DNA from: Candidatus Hydrogenedentota bacterium | GTDB lineage: Bacteria; Hydrogenedentota; Hydrogenedentia; Hydrogenedentales; SLHB01 | NCBI GenBank assembly: GCA_045863335.1 | Contig: BTVY01000027.1 | Span: 34,369-98,368, forward strand | Length of the DNA stretch: 64,000 nt | Direction: 5' to 3' | Part shown: piece by piece, positions 9,839 to 19,811 of the stretch | Numbering within the stretch: position 1 is the stretch's first letter | Layout: each line of letters starts with the position of its first letter | Position numbers and translations under genes: made by a program | Notes under the pieces: model-generated | What the model was told of the DNA's origin: nothing | What the model saw: the letters and a program-made list of their open reading frames with translations, nothing else | Databases searched by the model: none

Positions 9839-11098
9839 ATGCAATACAAATCAACTGCATTCCCCATGGCGCTCGTGACCTGCATTCTGTTGTTGGCCCT
9901 TGCGCTCGGGGGCGCAACGCAATGTGAGTACGAATCGGCCGAAATGGCTACGGACGGGCCGGTTCTTGAAGATGAACTGCCCTGCGGTACGCCGCCCGTG
10001 TTGGCCGTGGAGCTTTTCGCCGCGGGGCTCGATCAACCCCTCTTTGTCGGATCGGCGCCGGGAGATTCCGAGCGGCTGTACGTCATCGAACGCGCGCGCG
10101 CACGCATCATCCTCTTCAAAAACGGCCAACGGGTCGCAAAGCCCTTCCTCAATCTGTCCGACCGGGTCGGCGCCGCGCAATCGGAACAGGGCCTTCTCGG
10201 GTTTGCCTTTCATCCCAACTACCCGGAGAAACGGTTCATCTTCGTCAACTACACCGATGTGAACGGCGACACCGTGATCGAGCGGTTCCGCGTGCGCAAA
10301 CATCTCGACAAGGCGAGGCGGAACAAGTCCAAGCCCATTCTGGCCTACGACCAAACCGGCAGCAATCATAACGGCGGCATGCTGGCCTTCGGTCCCAACG
10401 ACAAGTACCTCTACATCGCATCCGGCGACGGCGGCGGATCGAACGATCCCTTCGGCCACGGGCAGCGTCTCGACACCCTGCTCGGCAAGATCCTTCGCAT
10501 CGACATTCGCGCGGGCAAAGGCGTGCCTTACAAAATCCCGCCGGCCAATCCCTTCGTAAGCAATCCAGACGCCCTGGACGAAATCTGGGCCTACGGCCTT
10601 CGGAATCCCTGGCGCATGAGTTTCGATCGCGAAACCGGCGATCTCTACATCGGCGACGTGGGGCAGGGGGCGCGGGAGGAAATCGACTTCCAACCGGCGT
10701 CCAGCATGGGCGGCGAGAACTACGGCTGGGTCGTGGCGGAAGGATTCAGTTGCCTCGGCGGGACCGGTACCTGCGGCACGAATCCCGGTTTCACGCCGCC
10801 GATTCACGACTACCCCCGCGATGTGGGCCGGTCCGTCACGGGCGGCTACGTCTACCGCGGCAGCGCCATGCCCTGCCTTCAGGGGACCTACTTCTTCGGC
10901 GATTTCAGCCTCGGCCGTGTCTGGTCGTTCCGCTACGACGGCGCCTCCATCTCCGAGTTCACCGAGCGCACCGCCGAACTCGACCCTCCCGGCCCGGATG
11001 TGTTGGGGAACGTAGCCTCCTTCGGCGAAGACGCGAACGGCGAACTCTACATCGTCACCTACGGAGGCGCCATCTACAAAATCGTCGAAGCACCGTGA
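9839..11098 (+). CDS. PQQ-dependent sugar dehydrogenase (GSDH family), exported
   Basis: Signal peptide, EQGLLGFAFHP, NHNGGMLAFGP, GLRNPWRMSFD, SFGED. Confidence 0.9.
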   Translation: MQYKSTAFPMALVTCILLLALALGGATQCEYESAEMATDGPVLEDELPCGTPPVLAVELFAAGLDQPLFVGSAPGDSERLYVIERARARIILFKNGQRVAKPFLNLSDRVGAAQSEQGLLGFAFHPNYPEKRFIFVNYTDVNGDTVIERFRVRKHLDKARRNKSKPILAYDQTGSNHNGGMLAFGPNDKYLYIASGDGGGSNDPFGHGQRLDTLLGKILRIDIRAGKGVPYKIPPANPFVSNPDALDEIWAYGLRNPWRMSFDRETGDLYIGDVGQGAREEIDFQPASSMGGENYGWVVAEGFSCLGGTGTCGTNPGFTPPIHDYPRDVGRSVTGGYVYRGSAMPCLQGTYFFGDFSLGRVWSFRYDGASISEFTERTAELDPPGPDVLGNVASFGEDANGELYIVTYGGAIYKIVEAP

Positions 11099-11172
11099 TC
11101 TACCGCGTATTCATGTTCGAAATGCACCATAGGTTGTTTAGAAAGTGGTGGGTGACATTTGGAAATCAACTC

Positions 11173-11210
11173 GGAGTCTGTCCCGAAATTTCCCCGTCCC
11201 TGAATTTCCC
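11173..11210 (+). repeat. GTCTGTCCC-ATTTC motif with partial tandem duplication
   Basis: GGAGTCTGTCCCGAAATTTCCCC GTCCCTGAATTTCCC. Resembles the minus-strand motif at 12541-12576. Confidence 0.5.
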
Positions 11211-11304
11211 TGCGACGCGTGACCAAGCGGAGCCTGCAACGCCACCGCCATGAATGTTCGAGCTGCGATCTTCACGGTTGGTGCCTCCTCTCACGCATGA
11301 CGCA

Positions 11305-12411
11305 TCATTTTGGCAGTACTCCTGTCCGCAGTACATTCCTGACAGCATCTAATCGGGCGCTGCCTTCACTCAACGTTGGACAAATCCAGCCGCCTTCATC
11401 GAACTCATTCCACGCATAGATGAGCACGGTTCGTGCTTTCGCAGTGTCCGGGTTCGCCTCGCACCACGTGATGGCCTTCTCGAGATGTGCGGCCAACTCC
11501 TCAGGTTCTGGCGTCTCGTAATACTGCTCGATGTCGCCGCCCTTGACCCACGGCACCGGAGTCTCGACGCGAGGCCGCATATCCCACCCCGCGCTGACCA
11601 GCGGCACGACCTCGCACCCCGTGGCCTTGAAGGCGTCCCACCATCGCTCGGTGTGAGTCACGAGTGACAGATAGGTACCGGCCTTGGCGCCGCCGTTTGA
11701 CGCGTAAGCGCCGATAGCGTCCAGGCCGAGTTTCCGTGCTTGCTCCTGAAGGACCTCCGGCGACCAGCCTTGCGCGATGATATACGGGTCGCCCGCACCG
11801 CCGGCCTTCGCTGCGGCGCGCAACTGGTCGAATGCGGCTCGCGCCTCGTCCCACGTATCGAACCTGCCAGGTCCTACCAGGCCATCAACGCTGTACAGGT
11901 ATACCAACGGCCGGCCGTTCAATACGGTTTGGTATCCAGGCTCCTTGAAGTACGAAACGTAGCGCGCAACCTTGGCACGCCAAGCGCCGGGGCCTCCGCC
12001 TGCTTCCCAACCACCTTGCAGGTTGAGACAGAAGTTGATCTGCGCCCGGCGCTCGCTCGACAGGTAGAACTTCAAACCAAGGCTCAGTGCGTTCTCCTCG
12101 GGATAAATGACAAAGGCCCAGTAGTCGAGTCCCGCATCGTGGGCGTAGGCGATTTCCTGGTCCATGACCCCCTGCGAGTTGCCACGCGCTTCGACAGCGT
12201 TTTCACCAATCACCTTGCCATAAAACGGCAACCGGTAATGCCAATGCGCCGGCGCCAGCGTCTTCTCAACGGTCAGCCCCACCTCGGAGGCTGGCCCATG
12301 CCACCCATCCCAGCGGATCGCGCCCACCAGTACGTCTTCTTGCGGCGAGACGCCGGATTCAGCGCCAAAAACAAGTGCGGCGTGAACGGCCAAAGCCATC
12401 AGCAGTGTCAT
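11305..12411 (-). CDS. exported GH99/GH71-like glycoside hydrolase-fold protein
   Basis: Signal peptide, GAIRWDGW, MDQEIAYAHDAGLDYWAF, GWDMRPR, YAWNEFDEGGW. Confidence 0.7.
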   Translation of the reverse strand: MTLLMALAVHAALVFGAESGVSPQEDVLVGAIRWDGWHGPASEVGLTVEKTLAPAHWHYRLPFYGKVIGENAVEARGNSQGVMDQEIAYAHDAGLDYWAFVIYPEENALSLGLKFYLSSERRAQINFCLNLQGGWEAGGGPGAWRAKVARYVSYFKEPGYQTVLNGRPLVYLYSVDGLVGPGRFDTWDEARAAFDQLRAAAKAGGAGDPYIIAQGWSPEVLQEQARKLGLDAIGAYASNGGAKAGTYLSLVTHTERWWDAFKATGCEVVPLVSAGWDMRPRVETPVPWVKGGDIEQYYETPEPEELAAHLEKAITWCEANPDTAKARTVLIYAWNEFDEGGWICPTLSEGSARLDAVRNVLRTGVLPK

Positions 12412-12540
12412 GGGTACTCCTCTAGCAGGGACTCGATACTCTTAAAAGTATCAAGTTCTCGGATGCTGCTTTCCGTGTGGCTTTGGACATTTTCCGAGTT
12501 CTTGCCGATTCCCGTATAGTCTGGGCTTGGTGAAAGGGGG

Positions 12541-12576
12541 GGAAAATAAAGGCGAGAAATAAAGGGACAGACTACC
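12541..12576 (-). repeat. element-end motif GGTAGTCTGTCCCTTTATTT with duplicated AAATAAAGG
   Basis: Abuts the stop codon of the transposase remnant. Related to 11173-11210 and 34711-34802. Confidence 0.55.
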
Positions 12577-12865
12577 AATTACTCGCTTCTCCGCCGACTT
12601 CCTTTGCGCGTCTTGGCTTACGGCCTCGATTGGCAGGACGGAGGACGCAGCCGAGCAGATTCTCCAGTTGGACCACGAATCACGCCTTTGGCGTGACGCA
12701 AGTGCGGCCCGTGTTGGTCTGGCGGCGAATGCGGTCGACGGCATCGGGATCGTCCTCCACACGAAGCCATCCCGCCCAGTCCTCAATGACGCCGGGCGGG
12801 AGGTACCTGTTCGATAGCGGCGGCTCAGGATCATTCGTCCGCAGTACCCTTGTATATTCGGCCGC
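12572..12865 (-). pseudogene. C-terminal remnant of a REP-associated/IS200-like tyrosine transposase
   Basis: Manual translation: PPGVIEDWAGWL...DRIRRQTNTGRTCVTPKA*FVVQLENLLGCVLRPANRGRKPR, with in-frame TGA at 12680-12682. The HUH N-terminus is absent. Not in the ORF track. Confidence 0.65.
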
Positions 12866-13194
12866 TCACTTACGCGTTCCCGGGCGATAACTCCTCTAAG
12901 CCTGCTTTTGTATAACACGAATACGGGTGTTGATCAAGAGATTCATGTCTATCGGCCCGGTTCCAAACATTGCAGGCGTCTTTTCAATGCCGTAAAATGG
13001 GGGTGGCGCGGCCGTATGCCGCAACGTAGCCGGGATGGCTTGGTTCCCGATTGGGGATCGAGGCCTTCGGCGGCGCTGGTGACCTGGTAACTATGTCTGC
13101 AACGGTGGATTCCATGCGTATGCGTGTATGGTCCGGGTCCAATGCCTGCCAACCGGAAAAGCATCTGTATTTCACGTAGTAACGACGGACGGGT

Positions 13195-14808
13195 ATGGTA
13201 CGCAAATCGGGCACATTGGGCGACGCAACGTTTGAGAAAGACGATCGAACGGAACCGTCGTTTGATCCTCACCCCACGGCGGAAGAGGTCTTACGCGAGT
13301 CCAAGGATTGGACCCGCGCGATCATCGAGTCGGCCGTGGACGGGATCATCGCCATCGACGAGCGGGGGACGATCGAGTATATGAACCCGGCCGCCGTCAA
13401 GATGTTCGGTTACGAGCCTGAAGAAGTACTCGGCAAAAACGTGAAGATGCTGATGGGGGACGATCACCGGGCCCATCACGACGGGTACCTTCATCACTAC
13501 CGTTCAACGGGGGAACGCCGAATCATCGGTACGATCCGCGAGTTGGACGGGCGCCACAAGAGCGGCCGGACGTTCCCCTTCGAGCTTTCGGTGAGCGAGG
13601 TGTTCATCGGCGATCGCCGGTTGTTCACGGGCATCCTGCACGACATCACCGCGCGCCGCATCGCGCAGGAAGAGAAGGATCGCCTGCTGGACGTCCTCAA
13701 CCGGAGAAACGTCCAGATCACCTGCCTCTACCGCATCGGCGAAGCCGTCCGGTCGGGCCAGGAGTTTGCGGCGATCTGTGGCGAGGTGGCGGAGACCATT
13801 CAGTCTTCGTTTCAACACGCCGATCAAGTTCGGGCGCGCATCAGTTTTGACGGGGCGGAGTACGTGAAGGGGCCGGTTGACCCCTCCGACCACAGCATGA
13901 CCTGCGATATCACCGTCGCCGGGCGCAAACGCGGCGAGGTCGAGATTGCCTATGTGGGCGAGTTCGAGCCGGACGCCGCGCCCTTTCAAAGCGAGGAGCG
14001 CGACCTCATCGAAGGGATCGCGGCCGTTCTGGGCGAGACCGTGGAGCGGCGCGATGCCCAGAGCAAGGTCATCCAGGCGTCGAAGCTGGCGTCCATCGGC
14101 GAACTCGCGGCCGGCGTAGGTCATGAGATCAACAATCCCTTGAACGCGATCATCAACTGCGCCGATATTCTCATTCACGGCCTCGCCGAGAATACGAAAG
14201 AACGGCAATTCGCCGAACTGGTCCGTTCGGAATCCGAGCGGATCGCGCGGATCGTCCGCAACCTGCTGACCTTCTCCCGTCAGGACCGGGAGAAGCACAG
14301 TCCGGCCCGGCTTATCGATATTGTCGAGGCGGTGCTCTCCCTGAGCCGGAAGAAGATCGCCAAGTCGATGGTCGCGCTGACGGTCGACGTTCCCGCGGAT
14401 TTGCCCAAGCTGAAATGCCGGAGCGAGCAGCTCCAGCAGGTACTCATGAATCTCATTATCAATGCGCTGCACGCGCTGGACGAGAGGTATCCGGAAGGGG
14501 ATCCTGACAAGGTGATGGAGATCGTGGCCAAGCCCATTCACCTCGATGGCCGGGAGTTTTTGCGTCTGACGGTGGAGGATCACGGGACGGGCATTTCCAG
14601 CGCGCACATCGAGCGCCTGTTTGATCCCTTCTTCACCACCAAGGGACGGGACGTCGGCACCGGACTCGGACTTTCCGTGTCGGATGGCATCGTGAAGGAT
14701 CACGGGGGACAGATTTGGGTGGAAAGCAAGGCCGGAGCGTTCGCGCGATTCCACGTGGACCTGCCTTTGGACAATGGCTGGTCGACGCCATATGCGAAAC
14801 AGACGTAG
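13195..14808 (+). CDS. cytoplasmic sensor histidine kinase with FixL-type heme-PAS domain
   Basis: PAS NVKMLM...HHDGYL...RIIGTIRE...FPFELSV, H-box GVGHEINNPL, N/G boxes, FDPFFTTK...GTGLGL. No TM segment. Confidence 0.9.
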   Translation: MVRKSGTLGDATFEKDDRTEPSFDPHPTAEEVLRESKDWTRAIIESAVDGIIAIDERGTIEYMNPAAVKMFGYEPEEVLGKNVKMLMGDDHRAHHDGYLHHYRSTGERRIIGTIRELDGRHKSGRTFPFELSVSEVFIGDRRLFTGILHDITARRIAQEEKDRLLDVLNRRNVQITCLYRIGEAVRSGQEFAAICGEVAETIQSSFQHADQVRARISFDGAEYVKGPVDPSDHSMTCDITVAGRKRGEVEIAYVGEFEPDAAPFQSEERDLIEGIAAVLGETVERRDAQSKVIQASKLASIGELAAGVGHEINNPLNAIINCADILIHGLAENTKERQFAELVRSESERIARIVRNLLTFSRQDREKHSPARLIDIVEAVLSLSRKKIAKSMVALTVDVPADLPKLKCRSEQLQQVLMNLIINALHALDERYPEGDPDKVMEIVAKPIHLDGREFLRLTVEDHGTGISSAHIERLFDPFFTTKGRDVGTGLGLSVSDGIVKDHGGQIWVESKAGAFARFHVDLPLDNGWSTPYAKQT

Positions 14809-14820
14809 GGGGAAGTCCAT

Positions 14821-16557
14821 ATGGCACACATCCTGGTTGTAGAAGACGAAGCTGTTCTGCAATTGACTTTCAGCGAGTTCCTTTCTCAGAAAGGCCACGA
14901 CGTGGCCAGCGCTTCGGATTACACCGAGGCGTTAGCCCACCTCGATGAGTCGGATTTCGACCTGGTCGTGACCGACATCATTCTCGCCGGCAAGACCGGC
15001 GTTGATCTCCTGCGCACCATTCGGGAGCGGGGCCTCCAGTGCCCGGTCGTCATGATCACGGGCGAGCCCAACGTGGAGACGGCGGCCGAGGCGGTGCGCC
15101 TGGGCGCCTTCGACTACCTGGCGAAACCCGTCACGCGCGACGCACTTCAGCGCGTCGCGCGTCTCGCCCTCGAACAGAAGCGCATATCCGACGAGCGCGA
15201 TCATTACGCGAAGCAGATGGAGATTTACCGCAGCGATCTCCAGGCCATCTTCAACAGCGTCACCGAAGGCATCATCACCGTCGACGCCGAAATGTGCGTG
15301 CGCCAGGTCAACTCCGCCGCGGCCCGCATCCTCGGTCTCGCGACCTGCGCCCTCAGCGGGAAGCCCTTCGGTTCCGTTCGCAAAGGCTTCGAGCGGGCGG
15401 AGGAAGCCTTGCAGGAGACCCTGCGTACCCGCGAGCCGGTCGTCGATCGCCGCATGCTGTTGCCCAACGGAGAAGACGAGAAGATCCTCGTGATCAATAC
15501 CATGCCCTTGATCAGCGAGCGGGGCAGTTTCGCGGGCGCGGTGCTCATGATTCGCGACATGACGCGCCTGACCCGGCTGGAACGGCAGTTGGAAGACAGC
15601 CAGCAGTACCGCAACATGATCGGCAAAAGCGCGAAGATGCAGGATATCTTCCGGCTCATCCGCGAACTGGCCGAAACCGATACGACCGTTCTCGTAGTCG
15701 GGGAGAGCGGCACCGGTAAGGAACTCGTGGCCTCTGCCCTGCACCACGCCAGCCCCCGCGCGAAAGGGCCCTTCCTCCGCGTAAACTGCGCCGCCCTCTC
15801 CGAGGACATCCTTGAGAGCGAATTGTTCGGCCACGTGAAAGGCGCGTTCACCGGGGCGGTGAAGGATCGCATCGGGCGCTTCGAAGCAGCCGACAACGGC
15901 ACCATCCTGTTGGACGAGATCGGCGATATCTCTCCGCGGCTCCAGCTTCGGCTGCTTCGCGTCCTGCAGGAGCGCGAGTTCGAGCGGGTCGGCGCGTCGA
16001 CCCCCATCCGGACCAATGTTCGCGTTATCGCATCGACCAATCAGGACTTGGAGCGGAAGATCCGCGCCGGCGAGTTCCGGCAGGATCTGTATTACCGCCT
16101 GAACGTCGTACGCATTCACATCCCGCCGCTGCGCGAACGCAAGCAGGACATCCCTTTGCTCGTAGACCACTTTTGCCGCCGTTTCAACCGCAGCATCCGG
16201 CGAGAGGTCACCGGTGTCGCGCCGGATTCCATGGAAGTGCTCCTGAACTATCCGTGGCCGGGGAATGTCCGCGAACTGGAAAACTGCATCGAGCGCGCCT
16301 TCGTCGTCTGTCACGATTCCCAAATCCAGCCCCGACATCTGCCGCCGGAGATCATCGATCGCGGCGTCGGCGCTGCGGGAACTGCCGGGGCATCGCAAGA
16401 TGCCTATGCGGCGGCGACCTCTGAGCGTGAACGGATTATCCACGTGCTCAAACAAACGGACTGGAACGTGGCGAAAGCGGCGCGGCTTCTGGGTATCGCG
16501 CGCAACACCTTGTACCAGCGCCTGAAGTCGTTGAACATTGATCGTCCCAACGTGTGA
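14821..16557 (+). CDS. NtrC-family sigma54-dependent response regulator (REC-PAS-AAA-HTH)
   Basis: REC domain (VVTDII), PAS, GESGTGKE, GAFTGA, WPGNVRELEN, Fis-type HTH. Confidence 0.93.
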   Translation: MAHILVVEDEAVLQLTFSEFLSQKGHDVASASDYTEALAHLDESDFDLVVTDIILAGKTGVDLLRTIRERGLQCPVVMITGEPNVETAAEAVRLGAFDYLAKPVTRDALQRVARLALEQKRISDERDHYAKQMEIYRSDLQAIFNSVTEGIITVDAEMCVRQVNSAAARILGLATCALSGKPFGSVRKGFERAEEALQETLRTREPVVDRRMLLPNGEDEKILVINTMPLISERGSFAGAVLMIRDMTRLTRLERQLEDSQQYRNMIGKSAKMQDIFRLIRELAETDTTVLVVGESGTGKELVASALHHASPRAKGPFLRVNCAALSEDILESELFGHVKGAFTGAVKDRIGRFEAADNGTILLDEIGDISPRLQLRLLRVLQEREFERVGASTPIRTNVRVIASTNQDLERKIRAGEFRQDLYYRLNVVRIHIPPLRERKQDIPLLVDHFCRRFNRSIRREVTGVAPDSMEVLLNYPWPGNVRELENCIERAFVVCHDSQIQPRHLPPEIIDRGVGAAGTAGASQDAYAAATSERERIIHVLKQTDWNVAKAARLLGIARNTLYQRLKSLNIDRPNV

Positions 16558-16566
16558 CGTGTCGGT

Positions 16567-16589
16567 TTGCGCAGAAGTGTCTTGCGCAA
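16567..16589. promoter_or_regulatory. candidate enhancer (UAS) TTGCGCA-N9-TGCGCAA
   Basis: Inverted repeat about 125 bp upstream of a sigma54 promoter. Confidence 0.45.
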
Positions 16590-16663
16590 TTCTGTTTTTA
16601 GGGGTTTCCGCACACTCGAAATGCATTTAATAGCCTTTGAAGTACTGATTTTAAGTTTCTATT

Positions 16664-16676
16664 TATCAGTTACTTA
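16664..16676 (+). promoter_or_regulatory. IHF-like site
   Basis: TATCAGTTACTTA fits WATCAR-N4-TTR. Lies in an AT-rich tract between the UAS and the promoter. Confidence 0.55.
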
Positions 16677-16703
16677 ACGCTTGCCCTGCTCGCTCTCCAT
16701 TTA

Positions 16704-16719
16704 CGGCACGTCTTATGCT
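16704..16719 (+). promoter_or_regulatory. sigma54 -24/-12 promoter of pta-ackA
   Basis: CGGCACGTCTTATGCT, GG-N10-GC. Confidence 0.65.
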
Positions 16720-16799
16720 CCCTTTCATGCAACATAACTGGTAACATCATGTTTGTTCGCAGTACCATCGCGGCAGCGCAGATAAGGGAGAGATAATTC

Positions 16800-17837
16800 G
16801 TGTTCTTGGACGATGTGTCACGCAGAGCCCAGGAGAATCCTGGTCGTATTATTTTGCCCGAGGCGGAAGACGAACGGACCCTGCGCGCCGCGACGGCGAT
16901 TGAGGAACGGGGGATCGGAAAAGTCTGTCTGGTCGGTAACGAAGACACGATTGCGGGGGTAGCCTGTCAGGCGGGCGTCAGAATCAGTGCCGAGATCATC
17001 GACCCCTCACGATCCGGCCATCTGGACGGGTTTGCCGCAAGGTACTACGAGCTGAGAAAAGCCAAGGGCGTCGCCGAGGCCGACGCCCGCACCGCGGTGC
17101 TCGAACCGATTACCTTTGGAATGATGATGCTCGACGCGGGACTCGGCGACGGGCTCGTCGCAGGCGCATGCCACTCCACCGCAGCGACGCTACGTCCCGC
17201 CCTCCAGATCCTGCGGACCGCACCGGGTGTGTCTATGGTGTCGAGCTTCTTCTTCATGTCCTTTCCCGATACGACCTACTTGTTTGCGGACAGCGGACTG
17301 GTCGAGAACCCCGACGCCGAGCAACTCGCGGAGATCGCCCTGTGTACCGCGGAGAGCGCGATGGGTTTCGGAATCGATCCCCTCGTCGCCATGTTGTCGT
17401 ATTCAACGAAGGGTTCCGCGCACAGTCCGCTCACCGAAAAAGTGGTGGAGGCAACCCGGATCGCCCAGGAACGGGCGATTGCGCGCTTTGGCGCGGACAG
17501 CCCGGTGCGAATCGACGGCGAATTGCAGGGCGACGCCGCACTCGTTCATACTGTCGGTCAACGAAAATCCCCCGGCAGCGAGGTCGCGGGTAAGGCGAAA
17601 GTTCTCATTTTCCCCGATCTTAACTCCGGCAATATTGCCTACAAACTAGTGGAACGCCTGGGAGGCGCCAGCGCCTATGGCCCTATCGTGCAGGGTCTGC
17701 GCCTCCCCGTAAACGATTTGTCCCGGGGATGTTCCTGGGAGGATATCGTGGGCGTTGCCGCTGTTACCACCGTCCAATGGCAAATACGCAGGTCCGCCAT
17801 GGAAGGTAGCCAGAGCAAGTCACCTGCGTTGCAGTAA
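16800..17837 (+). CDS. pta: phosphate acetyltransferase
   Basis: ILPEAEDER, LRPALQI, LSYSTKGSA, DGELQGDAA, FPDLNSGNIAYK, VNDLSRGC. Confidence 0.93.
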   Translation: MFLDDVSRRAQENPGRIILPEAEDERTLRAATAIEERGIGKVCLVGNEDTIAGVACQAGVRISAEIIDPSRSGHLDGFAARYYELRKAKGVAEADARTAVLEPITFGMMMLDAGLGDGLVAGACHSTAATLRPALQILRTAPGVSMVSSFFFMSFPDTTYLFADSGLVENPDAEQLAEIALCTAESAMGFGIDPLVAMLSYSTKGSAHSPLTEKVVEATRIAQERAIARFGADSPVRIDGELQGDAALVHTVGQRKSPGSEVAGKAKVLIFPDLNSGNIAYKLVERLGGASAYGPIVQGLRLPVNDLSRGCSWEDIVGVAAVTTVQWQIRRSAMEGSQSKSPALQ

Positions 17838-17846
17838 AGGCATACC

Positions 17847-19100
17847 ATGAAGGTATTGATTCTCAACAGCGGATCCTCCTCCGTGAAGTTCAAGGTCATC
17901 GAACTCGGTGAACAGGAACGTACGCTGGCCAAGGGCCAGGTCGAACGGGTCGGGCAGAAGAACGCCGATCTCAAGTGCGACTGCTGTTTGGTCCACGATC
18001 CGTCCTGTGCCGCAAGCCTCGTCGGCGCGCCCGGAAAATTGGATGTGCCCGACCACGATCGCGCCATCGATATGATTTGCCGGCTGTTGCAGAGCGACCG
18101 TTGCGGCATCGTTGACGACCTGTCGGAGATTGCCGGCATCGGGCATCGCGTGGTGCATGGCGGTGAGTTGTTTTCGAACTCGGTCCTGATCAACGCAGAA
18201 GTGATCGAGGGCATCGAGCGTTGCGCCAAGTTGGCGCCCTTGCACAACCCGCCGGCCTTGGCAGGGATTCGCGCCTGCCTTAAAGTCTTTGGCGAAGGAA
18301 CGCCGCAGGTCGCCGTGTTCGATACGGCCTTCCACCGCACAATTCCGGAGAAGGCGTTCCGCTATGGCGTTCCGAATGAGCTGTATACCGAACACGGAAT
18401 TCGCAAATACGGGTTCCATGGCACCTCGCACCGTTACGTCTCGCGAGAAGCCGCGAAGCTACTGAAGCGCCCAATTGAAGAAACGAAGATCATCTCCTGC
18501 CACCTCGGCAACGGCAGCAGCATCACCGCGGTTCTCGGCGGCAAGTCCATCGATACGACGATGGGGTTGACGCCGCTCGCAGGCGTCATCATGGGAACGC
18601 GCCCCGGAGATTTGGACCCCTATATCCCCATCTTCATGATCAAGGAACTGGGCATGTCCGCGGAGGAAGTGGATACCGTCCTGAATAAGCGTAGCGGGTT
18701 TGAAGGCATCTGCCACCATCACGACGTGCGCGAGATCGAGGCGCTCATGCAGCAAGGCAACCGCGAGTGCGCGCTGGCGTTGGATATGTTCGCCTACCGC
18801 ACCTCCCGTTTCATCGGCGGCTCCGCCATGGCCCTGAACGGGGTCGATGCCATCGTCTTCACCGGCGGCATCGGCGAGCACGACGCCTACATGCGCGAGC
18901 GCATCCTGCAAAACGCCGGCCACCTCGGTGTCAAGATCGACACCGAGCGCAATCTCCGCAACGATCGAATTATCACGACCGACGATTCAAAAGTCGCCGT
19001 CATGGTCATTCCGACCGACGAGGAACTCATCATCGCCCGCGATACCGCGTGGGAGGTCCGGCGTTTGCGCGAAGAGGCCGAAGCGGCCGTGTCCTCGTAG
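17847..19100 (+). CDS. ackA: acetate kinase
   Basis: [44 protein letters not shown]. Confidence 0.95.
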   Translation: MKVLILNSGSSSVKFKVIELGEQERTLAKGQVERVGQKNADLKCDCCLVHDPSCAASLVGAPGKLDVPDHDRAIDMICRLLQSDRCGIVDDLSEIAGIGHRVVHGGELFSNSVLINAEVIEGIERCAKLAPLHNPPALAGIRACLKVFGEGTPQVAVFDTAFHRTIPEKAFRYGVPNELYTEHGIRKYGFHGTSHRYVSREAAKLLKRPIEETKIISCHLGNGSSITAVLGGKSIDTTMGLTPLAGVIMGTRPGDLDPYIPIFMIKELGMSAEEVDTVLNKRSGFEGICHHHDVREIEALMQQGNRECALALDMFAYRTSRFIGGSAMALNGVDAIVFTGGIGEHDAYMRERILQNAGHLGVKIDTERNLRNDRIITTDDSKVAVMVIPTDEELIIARDTAWEVRRLREEAEAAVSS

Positions 19101-19212
19101 GGCGCCGTCCAATCCAGCCGGCGATCAGTTCAGCCTGTATGGCACCCCCTGTTTCGTTTATGATACGGCACTTCTATGCGCGTTCAACGGTGAGCATAAC
19201 CAAGGGATAGCG

Positions 19213-19803
19213 ATGTCAATCCGCAAGCGGGACAATCCAATCGACCTGTTCAACGAGTGGTTCGAAGACGCCAAGGGGTGTGGGTTTCGCGAACCCACGG
19301 CGGTCTGTCTTTCCACGGCGGACGCCACCGGCATGCCGTCGTCGCGCATGATTCTGTTCAAGAAAGTCGACGACGCCGGGTTCGTCTTCTACACGAACCT
19401 CGGGAGTATGAAGGCCAAGGAGCTGCGCGAGAATCCCCGCGCCGCCTTGTGCTTCTACTGGATGCCCATTGGCAAGCAGGTGCGCGTGCAGGGCGATGTT
19501 GAACCGGTCAGCTGTGAGGAAGCCGATGCCTACTTCGCCTCGCGCGACCGGCAAAGCCAGATTGGCGCGTGGGCGAGCAAACAATCGCAACCGCTGGAAG
19601 GGTACTTCGAACTGGAACGCCGCGCGGCCGAGTACGCCATCAAGTTCGGTGTGTCGAAAGTGCCCCGGCCCGACTTTTGGTCCGGCTACCGCATTCGCCC
19701 CTTCCGCATGGAGTTCTGGCAAGAAAAGCCGTTCCGCCTGCACGAACGCCTCGTCTACACCCGCACAGAAACCGGGTGGGACACGCAGTGGCTGTTCCCC
19801 TGA
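19213..19803 (+). CDS. pdxH: pyridoxamine 5'-phosphate oxidase
   Basis: [40 protein letters not shown]. Confidence 0.93.
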   Translation: MSIRKRDNPIDLFNEWFEDAKGCGFREPTAVCLSTADATGMPSSRMILFKKVDDAGFVFYTNLGSMKAKELRENPRAALCFYWMPIGKQVRVQGDVEPVSCEEADAYFASRDRQSQIGAWASKQSQPLEGYFELERRAAEYAIKFGVSKVPRPDFWSGYRIRPFRMEFWQEKPFRLHERLVYTRTETGWDTQWLFP

Positions 19804-19811
19804 TCTGCCGA

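Noticed and set aside
12680-12682. Selenocysteine UGA read-through
   Set aside because: The TGA lies in a truncated transposase relic with no start codon or redox motif.
13004-13020. sigma54 promoter upstream of the kinase (TGGCGCGGCCGTATGC)
   Set aside because: GG-to-GC spacing is 11, not 10.
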